Shown here: one piece after another, positions 1 through 8,245 of the stretch | How positions within the stretch are numbered: the stretch's first letter is position 1 | How the letters are laid out: each line of letters begins with the position of its first letter | NCBI GenBank assembly: GCA_015233405.1 | Contig: JADFXT010000002.1 | Location: forward strand, 132,451 to 196,450 | Reading direction: 5' to 3' | Origin: Candidatus Omnitrophota bacterium | GTDB lineage: Bacteria; Omnitrophota; Gorgyraeia; Zapsychrales; Zapsychraceae | DNA length: 64,000 nt | Translations under genes and position numbers: made by a program | The notes under the pieces: model-generated | Seen by the model: only the letters and a program-made list of their open reading frames with translations | Database searches by the model: none | Told to the model about the DNA's origin: nothing

Positions 1-390
1 TTGACATATCGTTGAATCACCGCTTCCTTTTACGCAGGAAATGGTTCCATTATCAAATATTTCCAGGGAATACGTTCCGGTATTCCTTTGGATGGCCGCG
101 ATGAGGTTCCCATTGATATCTATTGCCGGTGGGGAAAAGTTTGCAGAATTTGGAATCTGAACGTCCAAAGCGTCAACATTTAAAGCATAAGCGTCATGAT
201 CAAGCTTATAAACTTTTTGGGCATTTAATAAGCTTAATAATATTTGTTTTCCTTCTGAACTTTTTGTTTTTTCTATGATGTAGCTTATATTAGGCAAGGC
301 AAATGCAGCAACGAAACCAATAATGATGACAACAACAATGATTTCTATGAGGGTAAAACCTTTTTGATGGGTGGAATAGTTGTTTTTCAT
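1..390 (-). CDS. prepilin-type (type IV pilin/pseudopilin-like) protein, 3' end cut by window edge
   Basis: Absent from the ORF track because it runs off the window. My translation of the reverse strand from the ATG at 388-390 gives MKNNYSTHQKGFTLIEIIVVVIIIGFVAAFALPNISYIIEK... This is a short basic leader, then G|FTLIE, then a ~20-residue hydrophobic helix (prepilin cleavage/methylation motif). The frame is open for 130 codons down to position 1. Confidence 0.8.
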   Translation of the reverse strand, partial: MKNNYSTHQKGFTLIEIIVVVIIIGFVAAFALPNISYIIEKTKSSEGKQILLSLLNAQKVYKLDHDAYALNVDALDVQIPNSANFSPPAIDINGNLIAAIQRNTGTYSLEIFDNGTISCVKGSGDSTICQ

Positions 391-402
391 TTTGATTAAG
401 CA

Positions 403-440
403 GGAAACGGCAGCTTTTAGACTGCCGTTTCCATTTTTTT
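403..440. terminator. intercistronic stem-loop between pilin gene 1 and the downstream prepilin gene
   Basis: GGAAACGGCAG (403-413) pairs with CTGCCGTTTCC (422-432): an 11-bp perfect stem with an 8-nt loop. The T7 run (434-440) follows the stem on the + strand only. On the minus-strand pilin mRNA it is therefore a stem-loop without a U-tract, more likely a stabiliser or partial terminator. Confidence 0.4.
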
Positions 441-465
441 CTTTTATTAATAAATTGTCAAACTT

Positions 466-888
466 TTATTTGATGCCAGCAAAAGAAGTGGTTCCTGAAC
501 GAGTTACGGTTCCGGTGGTAGCTGTTAAAACAACAGTATCGCCACTTGTCCCACCATCAACAGTATTTCTTGTAGCTGTAATGGTCATGGTTCCAGCAGA
601 ATCGACGTTAGTAATGGCATAAGTAAAGTGTGCGCCACCTGAATTACCCGGGTTAGCAACATCAAGGTTACCTATGGTAACACATTGTGTACCAGCAGAA
701 GAAGTTGCCATAAGTGCGCAGCGTTCTACTGATTGACGAAGGGTGCTAAGCGCTGTTAAAGCTTCTGAGCTTCTTGAAAATTCGACTGTTTTAAAGAAGC
801 GAGGCAAAGCTAAGCTGGCGAGGACGCCAATGATAATGATGACGATGATGATTTCCAAAAGCGTAAAACCTTTTTTGTTGAGTTTCAT
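466..888 (-). CDS. type IV pilin-like protein, paralogue 1 (140 aa)
   Basis: MKLNKKG|FTLLEIIIVIIIIGVLASLALPRF: a class III signal peptide with the conserved Glu5 and hydrophobic alpha1 helix. AAGGAGA lies 8 nt upstream of the ATG. The C-terminal half is Thr/Ser/Gly-rich and there are two Cys (ERCALMATSSAGTQC). Confidence 0.9.
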   Translation of the reverse strand: MKLNKKGFTLLEIIIVIIIIGVLASLALPRFFKTVEFSRSSEALTALSTLRQSVERCALMATSSAGTQCVTIGNLDVANPGNSGGAHFTYAITNVDSAGTMTITATRNTVDGGTSGDTVVLTATTGTVTRSGTTSFAGIK

Positions 889-973
889 TTTTTCATCTCC
901 TTTTTTGTTAATGGTTCTTTGTTTTCTTGATTTCTAATTTTAGTTTCCTTCTCAAAATCAACTTGTTTTTAAT

Positions 974-1218
974 AAAAAAACCTATTCCACGCTTTCCGTA
1001 GAATAGGTCCACAATAAGAGTTTAAGCTCTCACTAAAGATTTTTGGCAACTGGCTACCCAACATCTATATGAAATCAGAAAAATCTCTGATTATCTATCT
1101 CTCTGGGCCCTCTAGTTTTGTGTCCTACCCTTACGGGCAGTTTACCTTTTTCAATCTTTCAGGACAACGCAATATTTGTATCTACTGAAAGTATGGCATA
1201 TAAAAAATGAATTGTCAA
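974..1218 (-). promoter_or_regulatory. conserved pilin upstream module, copy 1 (promoter + structured leader + intrinsic terminator)
   Basis: Read on the minus strand: TTGACA (1213-1218), 17 nt, CATACT (1190-1195). GNRA hairpin CTGCCC-GTAA-GGGTAG (1125-1140). 7-bp inverted repeat AATCAGA-N6-TCTGATT (~1072-1091). Sigma54-like TGGGTAGCCAGTTGCC (1045-1060). Terminator CCTATTCTAC-GGAAAGC-GTGGAATAGG (981-1007) followed by U7 (974-980). The module is near-identical to copy 2 at 1980-2225. Confidence 0.6.
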
Positions 1219-1519
1219 ATAGCCTAAAAAAGAAACAAGTTTTATGTATTTAATTTAACTTAAATTTTATAAAAAAGAAAGCTAAATCTTATAAAAATAA
1301 GGCCTCTTTAAATGGGTCAATTTGTTTATTTTGTCGTCGAGAATGACTAGGGCATGTATTAACAGATGTATAAGAATTATTAGAAAAACATAAAATAATC
1401 TTGCCTAATAAATAATCGCAGTCTGGCAAGGGGTCTTTTTCTGTTAGATTAGTTCGAAAGTTCAGTAAATGTTTTTAGAGATATTTGTCTGGGAATGGAT
1501 TGATTTTTGGTTCTTTTTA

Positions 1520-1942
1520 TTATTTTATACCGGAGAAGTTTCCTGTCCCTGAACGGGTTATACTAGCGGTGGTAGCGGTTAAAGTGATAGTGTCGCCATT
1601 TGTCCCGCCATCAACAGTGTTTCTTGTTGCGACAACCGTAATAGTTCCTGCGGAATCTGCGGTGGTTATTGAATAAGTAAAATGAGTACCAGCAGAGCTA
1701 CCTGGATTAGCAATGTCAAGATTGGTGATGTTATTACATTGGGTTCCGGTGTTAGAACCGGCCATAAGAGCACAACGTTCCACTGATCTGCGGATCGTGC
1801 CAAGGGAATTCAGGGCTTCTGCGCTTCTGGAAAATTCAACAGTTTTAAAGAAGCGGGGCAAAGCCATGCTGGCAAGCACACCAATGATGATAATCACAAT
1901 GATGAGCTCTAACAGCGTAAACCCTTTTTTATTTAGTTTCAT
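1520..1942 (-). CDS. type IV pilin-like protein, paralogue 2 (140 aa)
   Basis: MKLNKKG|FTLLELIIVIIIIGVLASMALPRF. It has the same length and architecture as paralogue 1, and the first ~55 aa are nearly identical. Confidence 0.9.
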   Translation of the reverse strand: MKLNKKGFTLLELIIVIIIIGVLASMALPRFFKTVEFSRSAEALNSLGTIRRSVERCALMAGSNTGTQCNNITNLDIANPGSSAGTHFTYSITTADSAGTITVVATRNTVDGGTNGDTITLTATTASITRSGTGNFSGIK

Positions 1943-1979
1943 TTTTTATCCTTACGTAATGTTTCTTATCAAATTTAAT

Positions 1980-2225
1980 AAAAAACCTATTCCACATTTT
2001 CCGTAGAATAGGTCCACAATAGGAATTGCCCTTACTATTTAAAATCTCTTGGCAACTGGCTGCCCAAACTTTTATATAAATCAGAATAATCTGATTAGCC
2101 TATATCTCTGGGCCCTTTAGTTTTGTGTCCTACCCTTACGGGCAGTTTACCTTTTCCAACCATCCAAAACAGGGCGACATTTGTATCTCTACGAAAAGTA
2201 TGGCACATAAAAAATAAGTTGTCAA
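1980..2225 (-). promoter_or_regulatory. conserved pilin upstream module, copy 2
   Basis: TTGACA (2220-2225), 17 nt, CATACT (2197-2202). GNRA hairpin (2130-2145). Inverted repeat AATCAGA-N4-TCTGATT (~2079-2096). Sigma54-like TGGGCAGCCAGTTGCC (2051-2066). Terminator stem 1986-2012 plus U6 (1980-1985). The 50-nt core AAAAGGTAAACTGCCCGTAAGGGTAGGACACAAAACTARAGGGCCCAGAGA is essentially identical in both copies. Confidence 0.6.
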
Positions 2226-2289
2226 ATAACCCGAAAAAGAAACCTTGTTTATTAATTTAATCTAAATCAATTTAAGAAGCAATGCCTAA

Positions 2290-4407
2290 TTATTTTTTTT
2301 GTTTTAAAACGGCTTTCGTTTTGTTTATATATTCTTGAAAGAGTTTATTTCCAGGCGACAGATTCTTTCCTGTTGTCCAAAGTTTAATTGCCTCATTTGA
2401 AAGTCCAAACTTTAACGCAATTTTTCCTGATTCTAAATAGGCCAAGGAATTTTTGGGATCCAGTTTCAATGTTTTCTCAAAGAACTCTAGGGCAATTTCG
2501 TTTAGGTTGTGATTGGAATAAAGTTCGCCTAATTCATTTAATATCTTGGAGTTTCGGCATTTTAAAAGGGCTATTTTGGAGATTTTTTTGGCCTGTTTAT
2601 ATCTTTTTTGATCTAAATAAACTCTGGAAAGATCGGCAAACGTGTCCCAATTCCGGGATTCTTTTAGAATAATTTTATTATAAAATACGATTAGTTTGTG
2701 AATTTCTCCGGTCTTAAGATATAGCGCCGTAAGACCACGTTTGGCTTGTATTAATCCAGGGTTGATTTTAATAGCGCGCAAAAAAGCTTTTTCAGCCTCT
2801 TTTGTGTCTCCCTTTCCTGATAAGAAAGTACCTAAATTATTATATAGTGCCGCATCTCCAGGTGTGATTTTAATGGCACTGCGAATTTCAGAAACAGCTA
2901 AGTCATAACGTTTTTCATAGTAATATATAACGGCTTTATGAAAATGATACTCTGTGTCATGAGGAGGATTAAGTTCCAGAGCGCTATGATAGTCTTTAAT
3001 GGCTAAATTAACCTCTCCGATGGTGTGATAAGCCAGCCCTCTTCTGTAATAAGATAAGTAGTTTTTCTTTTCTTTTAGGTAATTGTCGAATTGTGTAAAG
3101 GTCGAAATGCCTTTATTCTCTGGAGTGTTATCGGTATAGATTCTCCCTAATTCAAGCCAAGGAGACGCATTAATAGGATTGGCCTTGATCCAATAAAGAG
3201 AATAGGTGGATTCCCCTTCCCATTTCTTGTTTTCAGTTCGGGTTAGAAAAATGGATGTGGCTAGAAGGCAAAAAATCATAATATACCAGAGCTTCAGAGG
3301 AATATGTTTTTTTATGGATAATAATACGCATGCGAGTAATAAAAAGAATCCCATAAGGGGAAAAGTCATCCAATGCGGCGCAATATAAGCAGTTTGTATG
3401 AGTGGTGTATAGGTAAAACTAGAAACGGTTATGGGGATGAATCCTACTATAAATAGATTAAAGCTAAAGGCTTTTAAGTCCTTCCTTCCCTTCCATAAAT
3501 TAAAAATGAGGAAGCTTAAAAGAATTAACCAGAATAGCCAATTCCAAAATAAGAAAGTGTTTTTTGCAATGGGTTCGTCCCAATCAAGCAAGATGTTTTT
3601 AGGATAAAACAGTTTTGATATGTACCAAAAGATCAGATTTGTAAAAGTATTAAAATATTGGTTAAAAGACAACTTTGTTTTTAATACTCCATTGAGAGCG
3701 ATTGAGCCCGCGATGTTTAAGCGAATCCATAAATATAAAGCAAATGGGATGACAAAAGGCAAAAGGTATAAAACGTTTTTCTTAAGATTCGACTCTTTGG
3801 AAAAATATAATATTAAAAGTAAATATAGCGGCAAGATAAAACTGATCTCATGGCAAAGCAAGGCCAATAAATAGCTGATCAGGGCTAGAAAATAATACGT
3901 CTTTTTATGCTCGGCAGTGAATTTGAGAAATAAAAATGTGCTTATCTGCATGAATAATGCAAAAAGGATTAAACATGCGCCGGTTTTATAATTGATGAGC
4001 AGGCTATGAATCGGGTGCGTTATAAATAAACAGGTGGCTAAAAATGAGAGTTGATGGTTTTTGGATAGATTTCTAAGAATGAGGAAAGTAAATAATCCCA
4101 AGAGATAAAATAGAAAAAGATTTACGACGTTATATCCAATAGGGTTCGCTTCGAATAAGAAAAATTCTGCTTTTAGAAGCAGCAGCCAAACAGGACGATA
4201 ACAGTCTTTTATTCCATAAATTAAAATGTCTTTTACAGATGTTTGGGTTAGGCTGTTATCATTAAACAAAAACTTGAAATCATCCATTATAAAAGCACTG
4301 TTAAGGGCATTACTGTAACAAATAATGCACAACAGCATAATGGCTAAGAGCGAAAAAGTAGTCTTATTTTTAAAGATGAAGTTTTTAATGTTAACAGGTA
4401 TGAACAC
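2290..4407 (-). CDS. GT-C fold membrane glycosyltransferase (PMT/TMTC-like) with C-terminal TPR domain
   Basis: The N-terminal ~400 aa hold more than 10 predicted TM helices. The first loop carries an Asp-Asp motif (FIMDDFKF; D42-D43 = 4279-4284) followed by YRPVW, as in PMT/TMTC/ArnT-type GT-C enzymes. The C-terminal ~280 aa (about 2293-3150) form repeated 34-aa TPR units, e.g. AIKDYHSALELNP and AEKAFLRAIKINP. Confidence 0.65.
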   Translation of the reverse strand: MFIPVNIKNFIFKNKTTFSLLAIMLLCIICYSNALNSAFIMDDFKFLFNDNSLTQTSVKDILIYGIKDCYRPVWLLLLKAEFFLFEANPIGYNVVNLFLFYLLGLFTFLILRNLSKNHQLSFLATCLFITHPIHSLLINYKTGACLILFALFMQISTFLFLKFTAEHKKTYYFLALISYLLALLCHEISFILPLYLLLILYFSKESNLKKNVLYLLPFVIPFALYLWIRLNIAGSIALNGVLKTKLSFNQYFNTFTNLIFWYISKLFYPKNILLDWDEPIAKNTFLFWNWLFWLILLSFLIFNLWKGRKDLKAFSFNLFIVGFIPITVSSFTYTPLIQTAYIAPHWMTFPLMGFFLLLACVLLSIKKHIPLKLWYIMIFCLLATSIFLTRTENKKWEGESTYSLYWIKANPINASPWLELGRIYTDNTPENKGISTFTQFDNYLKEKKNYLSYYRRGLAYHTIGEVNLAIKDYHSALELNPPHDTEYHFHKAVIYYYEKRYDLAVSEIRSAIKITPGDAALYNNLGTFLSGKGDTKEAEKAFLRAIKINPGLIQAKRGLTALYLKTGEIHKLIVFYNKIILKESRNWDTFADLSRVYLDQKRYKQAKKISKIALLKCRNSKILNELGELYSNHNLNEIALEFFEKTLKLDPKNSLAYLESGKIALKFGLSNEAIKLWTTGKNLSPGNKLFQEYINKTKAVLKQKK

Positions 4408-4489
4408 GTTTGGTGGTGTTGACGTGCTGAATCTTTTTAAGGAAAGTGTGATTTTAAAGCTCGAGGTTGTTGATTAAAGATTTTTTATT

Positions 4490-4560
4490 AAGTATTCACC
4501 CTGGATCTAGGATAACACAAATCCAGGGTGAATACTTGAAAGCTTTTCTAGTGAAAAGCT
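4490..4560 (-). terminator. tandem hairpins downstream of pilin paralogue 3
   Basis: A 17-bp perfect stem AAGTATTCACCCTGGAT (4490-4506) / ATCCAGGGTGAATACTT (4521-4537), plus AGCTTTT/AAAAGCT (4541-4560). In minus orientation the large hairpin is followed by AATAAAAAATC. Its loop (CTAGGATAAC) resembles the dispersed repeat family seen at 23589. Confidence 0.5.
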
Positions 4561-4577
4561 AAAAGAGTTCTTTTTTG

Positions 4578-5000
4578 TTATTTGATGCCAGAAAAAGAAG
4601 ATGATCCAGCGCGAGTTACGCTTCCAGTAGTAGCTGTTAAAGTAATGGTAGATGACCCATCCCCACCATCAACAGTATTTCTTGTTGCTTCAACTGTGAT
4701 TTGTCCAGCAGAATCTGCGCTACTAATTGCATAGCTAAAGTGCGCGCCACCAGATGTAGCAGGATCAACGACATCGAGATTGGAAAGGTTAGTACACGCT
4801 GTACTGGTTGAAGCAGCGGCTGAAAGAGAGCAACGTTCAACAGATTGACGAAGAGAGCTGAGAGCAATTAAAGCTTCGGTGCTTCTTGAGAATTCAACGG
4901 TCTTAAAGAAGCGTGGCAAAGCCAAAGCGGCTAAAACACCGATGATGATAATGACGATGATGATTTCTAAGAGCGTAAAACCTTTCTTGTTTAGTTTCAT
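4578..5000 (-). CDS. type IV pilin-like protein, paralogue 3 (140 aa from the internal start)
   Basis: The ORF track starts at 5039, but AAGGAGA lies 8 nt before the ATG at 4998-5000. That start gives MKLNKKG|FTLLEIIIVIIIIGVLAALALPRF, collinear with paralogues 1 and 2. Confidence 0.85.
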   Translation of the reverse strand: MKLNKKGFTLLEIIIVIIIIGVLAALALPRFFKTVEFSRSTEALIALSSLRQSVERCSLSAAASTSTACTNLSNLDVVDPATSGGAHFSYAISSADSAGQITVEATRNTVDGGDGSSTITLTATTGSVTRAGSSSFSGIK

Positions 5001-5258
5001 TTTCTTGTCTCCTTTGTTTTTTGTTTTCTTGATTTTCATTTTAAAATTAAGAGCTTATTCTGTTTTATGGGTTATCGGTTAGGTTGCCGCAAAAAATACA
5101 TTTTCCATTATATCAGAATAGCCTTTTCTTATTATATTTTTTTGGATTTTTGATGCGTATTTCTATGTCAAAAAGCTTAAAAATTCCTTATGAAATTAAT
5201 TTTACATGATTTAATTTAAAAAGAAATATAATTCTTTAAAAAAATATTTTGAAATAAT

Positions 5259-6494
5259 TTAGCCTCCTCCCAGCTGTGCGATATTAAACATGGGTAGGAA
5301 CATGGCTAAAACAATAGTTCCAATGACCACACCCATAAAAACAAGCATAAAAGGTTCAATGACGGTAGAGAAACGTTTCATGAATGTTGTGACAGTCTCT
5401 TGATAAAAATCCGCAACGTGTTTAAGCATCTTGCTTAATTCCCCGGTCTCTTCTCCCACTAAAATCATTTGAATGGCCATGGGAGGGAAAAATCCGCTTT
5501 CTTGCATTTGATCAACTAAAAGAGATCCTTTCTTAACGCCTTCTTTAATATTATTTATGACGTTGCCGCAAGTGATGTTGTCAACGAGTTTTTCTGTTAT
5601 GTCTAAAGCGTAAAGGATGGGGACCCCTGCATCGATTAAAATGGCCATTTGGGACGCGAAGCGTTCGACAATAATAAATTTAAAGATTTCACCTGCTGTG
5701 GGAAGGTTAAAAAGGAAATTTTCAAAAGCCAATTTTCCGGAGTATGTTTTAAGATTTTTTTTAATAATAAAAAAAGCAATTGTTACGACTATGACAAGCA
5801 AAAGGAAATTTTTTCTAATAAATGCGAAGGTTGAAAGAAGTACAACGGTGATCATCGGTAATTGTGCTCCTAGAGATTCAAAAACCGCTTGAAATCGGGG
5901 GCCTACGAATAAGGCGAAAAACATCACCGCTCCCATGGAAACACCGAATAGTATGGTTGGATAAATAATTCCGGAGATGATCGCTGATTTAAACTCCTCT
6001 TCTTGCTTAAGATAAGCCCCGAGTCTATTTAAAACCGCTGGCATGGTTCCAGACGACTCTCCGACTTCGACAAGGCTGATCCAAAATTGATTAAAGGCTT
6101 GCGGATATTTAGCTAACGCGTGGCTTAAACTTTGTCCTTGTTCTACGTCACTTTTGACTTGTCGAAGTATTTTGGATAATTGTTCGCTTTGAATTTGGGT
6201 TTCAATAACAGTAAGGCTTCGAATTAAAGTTACGCCAGATTCAAGCATTGTTGCCAGCTGTTTGGAAAACGTCAGAAGATCGTCTAACTGGACTTTTTTG
6301 TGAGTGTACTTTCTCTGTTCAGACTGCTTTTTTTTGAAACTGGTTACATCAGCAAGTTTGATTTCTTTGATGCTGATGATGAAGAACCCTTGGGATTGAA
6401 GTCGAGCAACTAAAGTAGCTTGGCTCGTTTCTTCCATGATGTCTCTAATCGTTTTTCCATTGCTATCTTTGACGATGAATGAAAATTTTGGCAT
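5259..6494 (-). CDS. pilC: type IV pilus/T2SS inner-membrane platform protein (PilC/GspF family)
   Basis: 411 aa with two repeated T2SS-F halves, each a cytoplasmic helical domain followed by TM segments. The C-terminus ends ...MFLPMFNIAQLGGG. It lies directly downstream of the ATPase. Confidence 0.85.
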   Translation of the reverse strand: MPKFSFIVKDSNGKTIRDIMEETSQATLVARLQSQGFFIISIKEIKLADVTSFKKKQSEQRKYTHKKVQLDDLLTFSKQLATMLESGVTLIRSLTVIETQIQSEQLSKILRQVKSDVEQGQSLSHALAKYPQAFNQFWISLVEVGESSGTMPAVLNRLGAYLKQEEEFKSAIISGIIYPTILFGVSMGAVMFFALFVGPRFQAVFESLGAQLPMITVVLLSTFAFIRKNFLLLVIVVTIAFFIIKKNLKTYSGKLAFENFLFNLPTAGEIFKFIIVERFASQMAILIDAGVPILYALDITEKLVDNITCGNVINNIKEGVKKGSLLVDQMQESGFFPPMAIQMILVGEETGELSKMLKHVADFYQETVTTFMKRFSTVIEPFMLVFMGVVIGTIVLAMFLPMFNIAQLGGG

Positions 6495-6511
6495 TTGAGG
6501 GCTCCTTCAAA

Positions 6512-8242
6512 TTATATGTTGACGCTGACGCGGCAAATTTCTTCAAAGCTGGTCACTCCGTGTTCAACAAGTTTTATCCCGGAGTCAAAAATAGTTAACA
6601 TGCCGTTTTTTCGTGCGGCATCATTGATTTCAGCGGAAGATGCATTTTTAGAAATTATCTCGCGGATTTTATTGTCAACCACCAAAATTTCGGGAACGAC
6701 CACGCGGCCTTTATATCCGTGATGATTACAGTTGTCACAACCCTTTGCTCTATAAATTAAATCGCTTTTGAACTGAATTCCTCCATGCTGGTCGGCAAGA
6801 GGCTCATAGGGCTCTTTGCAGTCCTGGCATAATCGTTTGGCCAAACGTTGGGCGATAATTAAAATGAGTGATGGTGTTAGTAAATAGCTTGGAATACCAA
6901 TGTCGAGAAGTCGTGAGATGGCCGACGCTGCATCGTTAGTGTGCAGAGTACTTAGAACAAGGTGACCGGTTAAAGCCGCGCGCACGCAAATAGAAGCCGT
7001 ATCGAGATCGCGGACCTCTCCGACCATGATCACATCTGGATCTTGACGTAAAAACGCTTTGAGCGCAGTGGCAAATGTTAATCCGATCGTAGACCGGATA
7101 TTGACTTGATTGATCCCTTCTATTTTATATTCAACAGGGTTTTCGGCGGTCATAATATTTTTAGTCGAATCGATACATTCATTTAACGCGGCGTAAAGCG
7201 TGGTAGATTTTCCGCTTCCCGTTGGGCCTGTAACGAAAATTAATCCGTAAGGAGATTTTAAAGCTGTTCGAACGGTGTCCATTTGCTGAGTGTCAAAACC
7301 CAATGCGGGCAACTCAAGTTTGATGGCCCCTTTATCTAAAATACGCATAACGACTTTTTCTCCCCAAATGGTTGGGATCGTCGAAATACGAATATCCACC
7401 CCTCTGTCTTCCAGTTTGGCTGTAATGTTGCCGTCTTGAGGAAGCCGTTTTTCGGCAATATCAAGCTTGGCAAGAATTTTTATACGAGACACAATCGGTA
7501 AATGTAAATGCGGCGCCGGCGGAGGAATTGTATAAAGAGTCCCGTCGATACGGTAACGCAAAATACTTTTGTTTTCAAAAGGCTCAATATGGATGTCGCT
7601 GGCTCGTTCATCAATGGCTTGCCGGATGATTAAGTCTACTAATTTAATGACAGGCGCTTCGCCTGCTTTTGCGATGAGGCTGTCGAGACTAAGTTCTGCT
7701 GTTGCGGAATCGCTTTTTTGAATATTGACAAAAGAAGACTCGCTTCCTGTTTGCAAATAGGATTTTTCGACCGCTTTATCGAGCATTGACGCCTTGTTCT
7801 CTCCAAAATAAAAATTGCTGATAGCTTTTTGGATGGCTGTTTTTGTTGCTAAAACCAAGTTGATTTCGCAGCCTGTAATCCTCTTTAAATTGTCGAGGAG
7901 CATAAGATCAAGAGGATCATTAACCGCACACGTTAATGAATTCATGTGCTTAGATAGCGGAAGAACATTATTCTTTCTGGCGAAGTCATTAGAAATGATT
8001 TTATCCAGGTCTTGATCAGGATTAGGATTTAGGATCTCCGGCTTATCGGAAGAGTAATACGGGATGCCGAGTTGGTTTCCGAGGGCAGATACCATATTTT
8101 CTTCGGAGAGATAACCTTTAGCGACAAGGATTTCTCCGACGCGCCCGCCTTCTTTTTTTTGCGTGGCGATGGCTTCTTCAATTTGCTGTTCAGTCACAAG
8201 GCCTTTTTTTAATAGCAATTGGCCTAATTTTAATTTCATCAT
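6512..8242 (-). CDS. pilB: type IV pilus assembly ATPase (PilB/GspE family) with MshEN-type N-terminal domain
   Basis: Walker A GPTGSGKST, an Asp box and a His box, and a tetracysteine cluster CQDC...CDNC. The N-terminus has two 24-aa motifs, KLGQLLLKKGLVTEQQIEEAIATQ and RVGEILVAKGYLSEENMVSALGNQ, separated by 5 residues. Confidence 0.9.
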   Translation of the reverse strand: MMKLKLGQLLLKKGLVTEQQIEEAIATQKKEGGRVGEILVAKGYLSEENMVSALGNQLGIPYYSSDKPEILNPNPDQDLDKIISNDFARKNNVLPLSKHMNSLTCAVNDPLDLMLLDNLKRITGCEINLVLATKTAIQKAISNFYFGENKASMLDKAVEKSYLQTGSESSFVNIQKSDSATAELSLDSLIAKAGEAPVIKLVDLIIRQAIDERASDIHIEPFENKSILRYRIDGTLYTIPPPAPHLHLPIVSRIKILAKLDIAEKRLPQDGNITAKLEDRGVDIRISTIPTIWGEKVVMRILDKGAIKLELPALGFDTQQMDTVRTALKSPYGLIFVTGPTGSGKSTTLYAALNECIDSTKNIMTAENPVEYKIEGINQVNIRSTIGLTFATALKAFLRQDPDVIMVGEVRDLDTASICVRAALTGHLVLSTLHTNDAASAISRLLDIGIPSYLLTPSLILIIAQRLAKRLCQDCKEPYEPLADQHGGIQFKSDLIYRAKGCDNCNHHGYKGRVVVPEILVVDNKIREIISKNASSAEINDAARKNGMLTIFDSGIKLVEHGVTSFEEICRVSVNI

Positions 8243-8245
8243 AAG

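Noticed and set aside
974-1218. Whether the pilin leader is a known c-di-GMP riboswitch (GEMM-I/II), given the pilus context and the GNRA hairpin.
   Set aside because: I could not find the GEMM-I hallmarks as I recall them, nor the class II kink-turn/pseudoknot strings. These hallmarks are the paired P1/P2 helices with tetraloop-receptor and the conserved GCAAA...GGGACGCAAAGCC-like core. A GNRA loop alone is not diagnostic. I left it as an unclassified structured leader.
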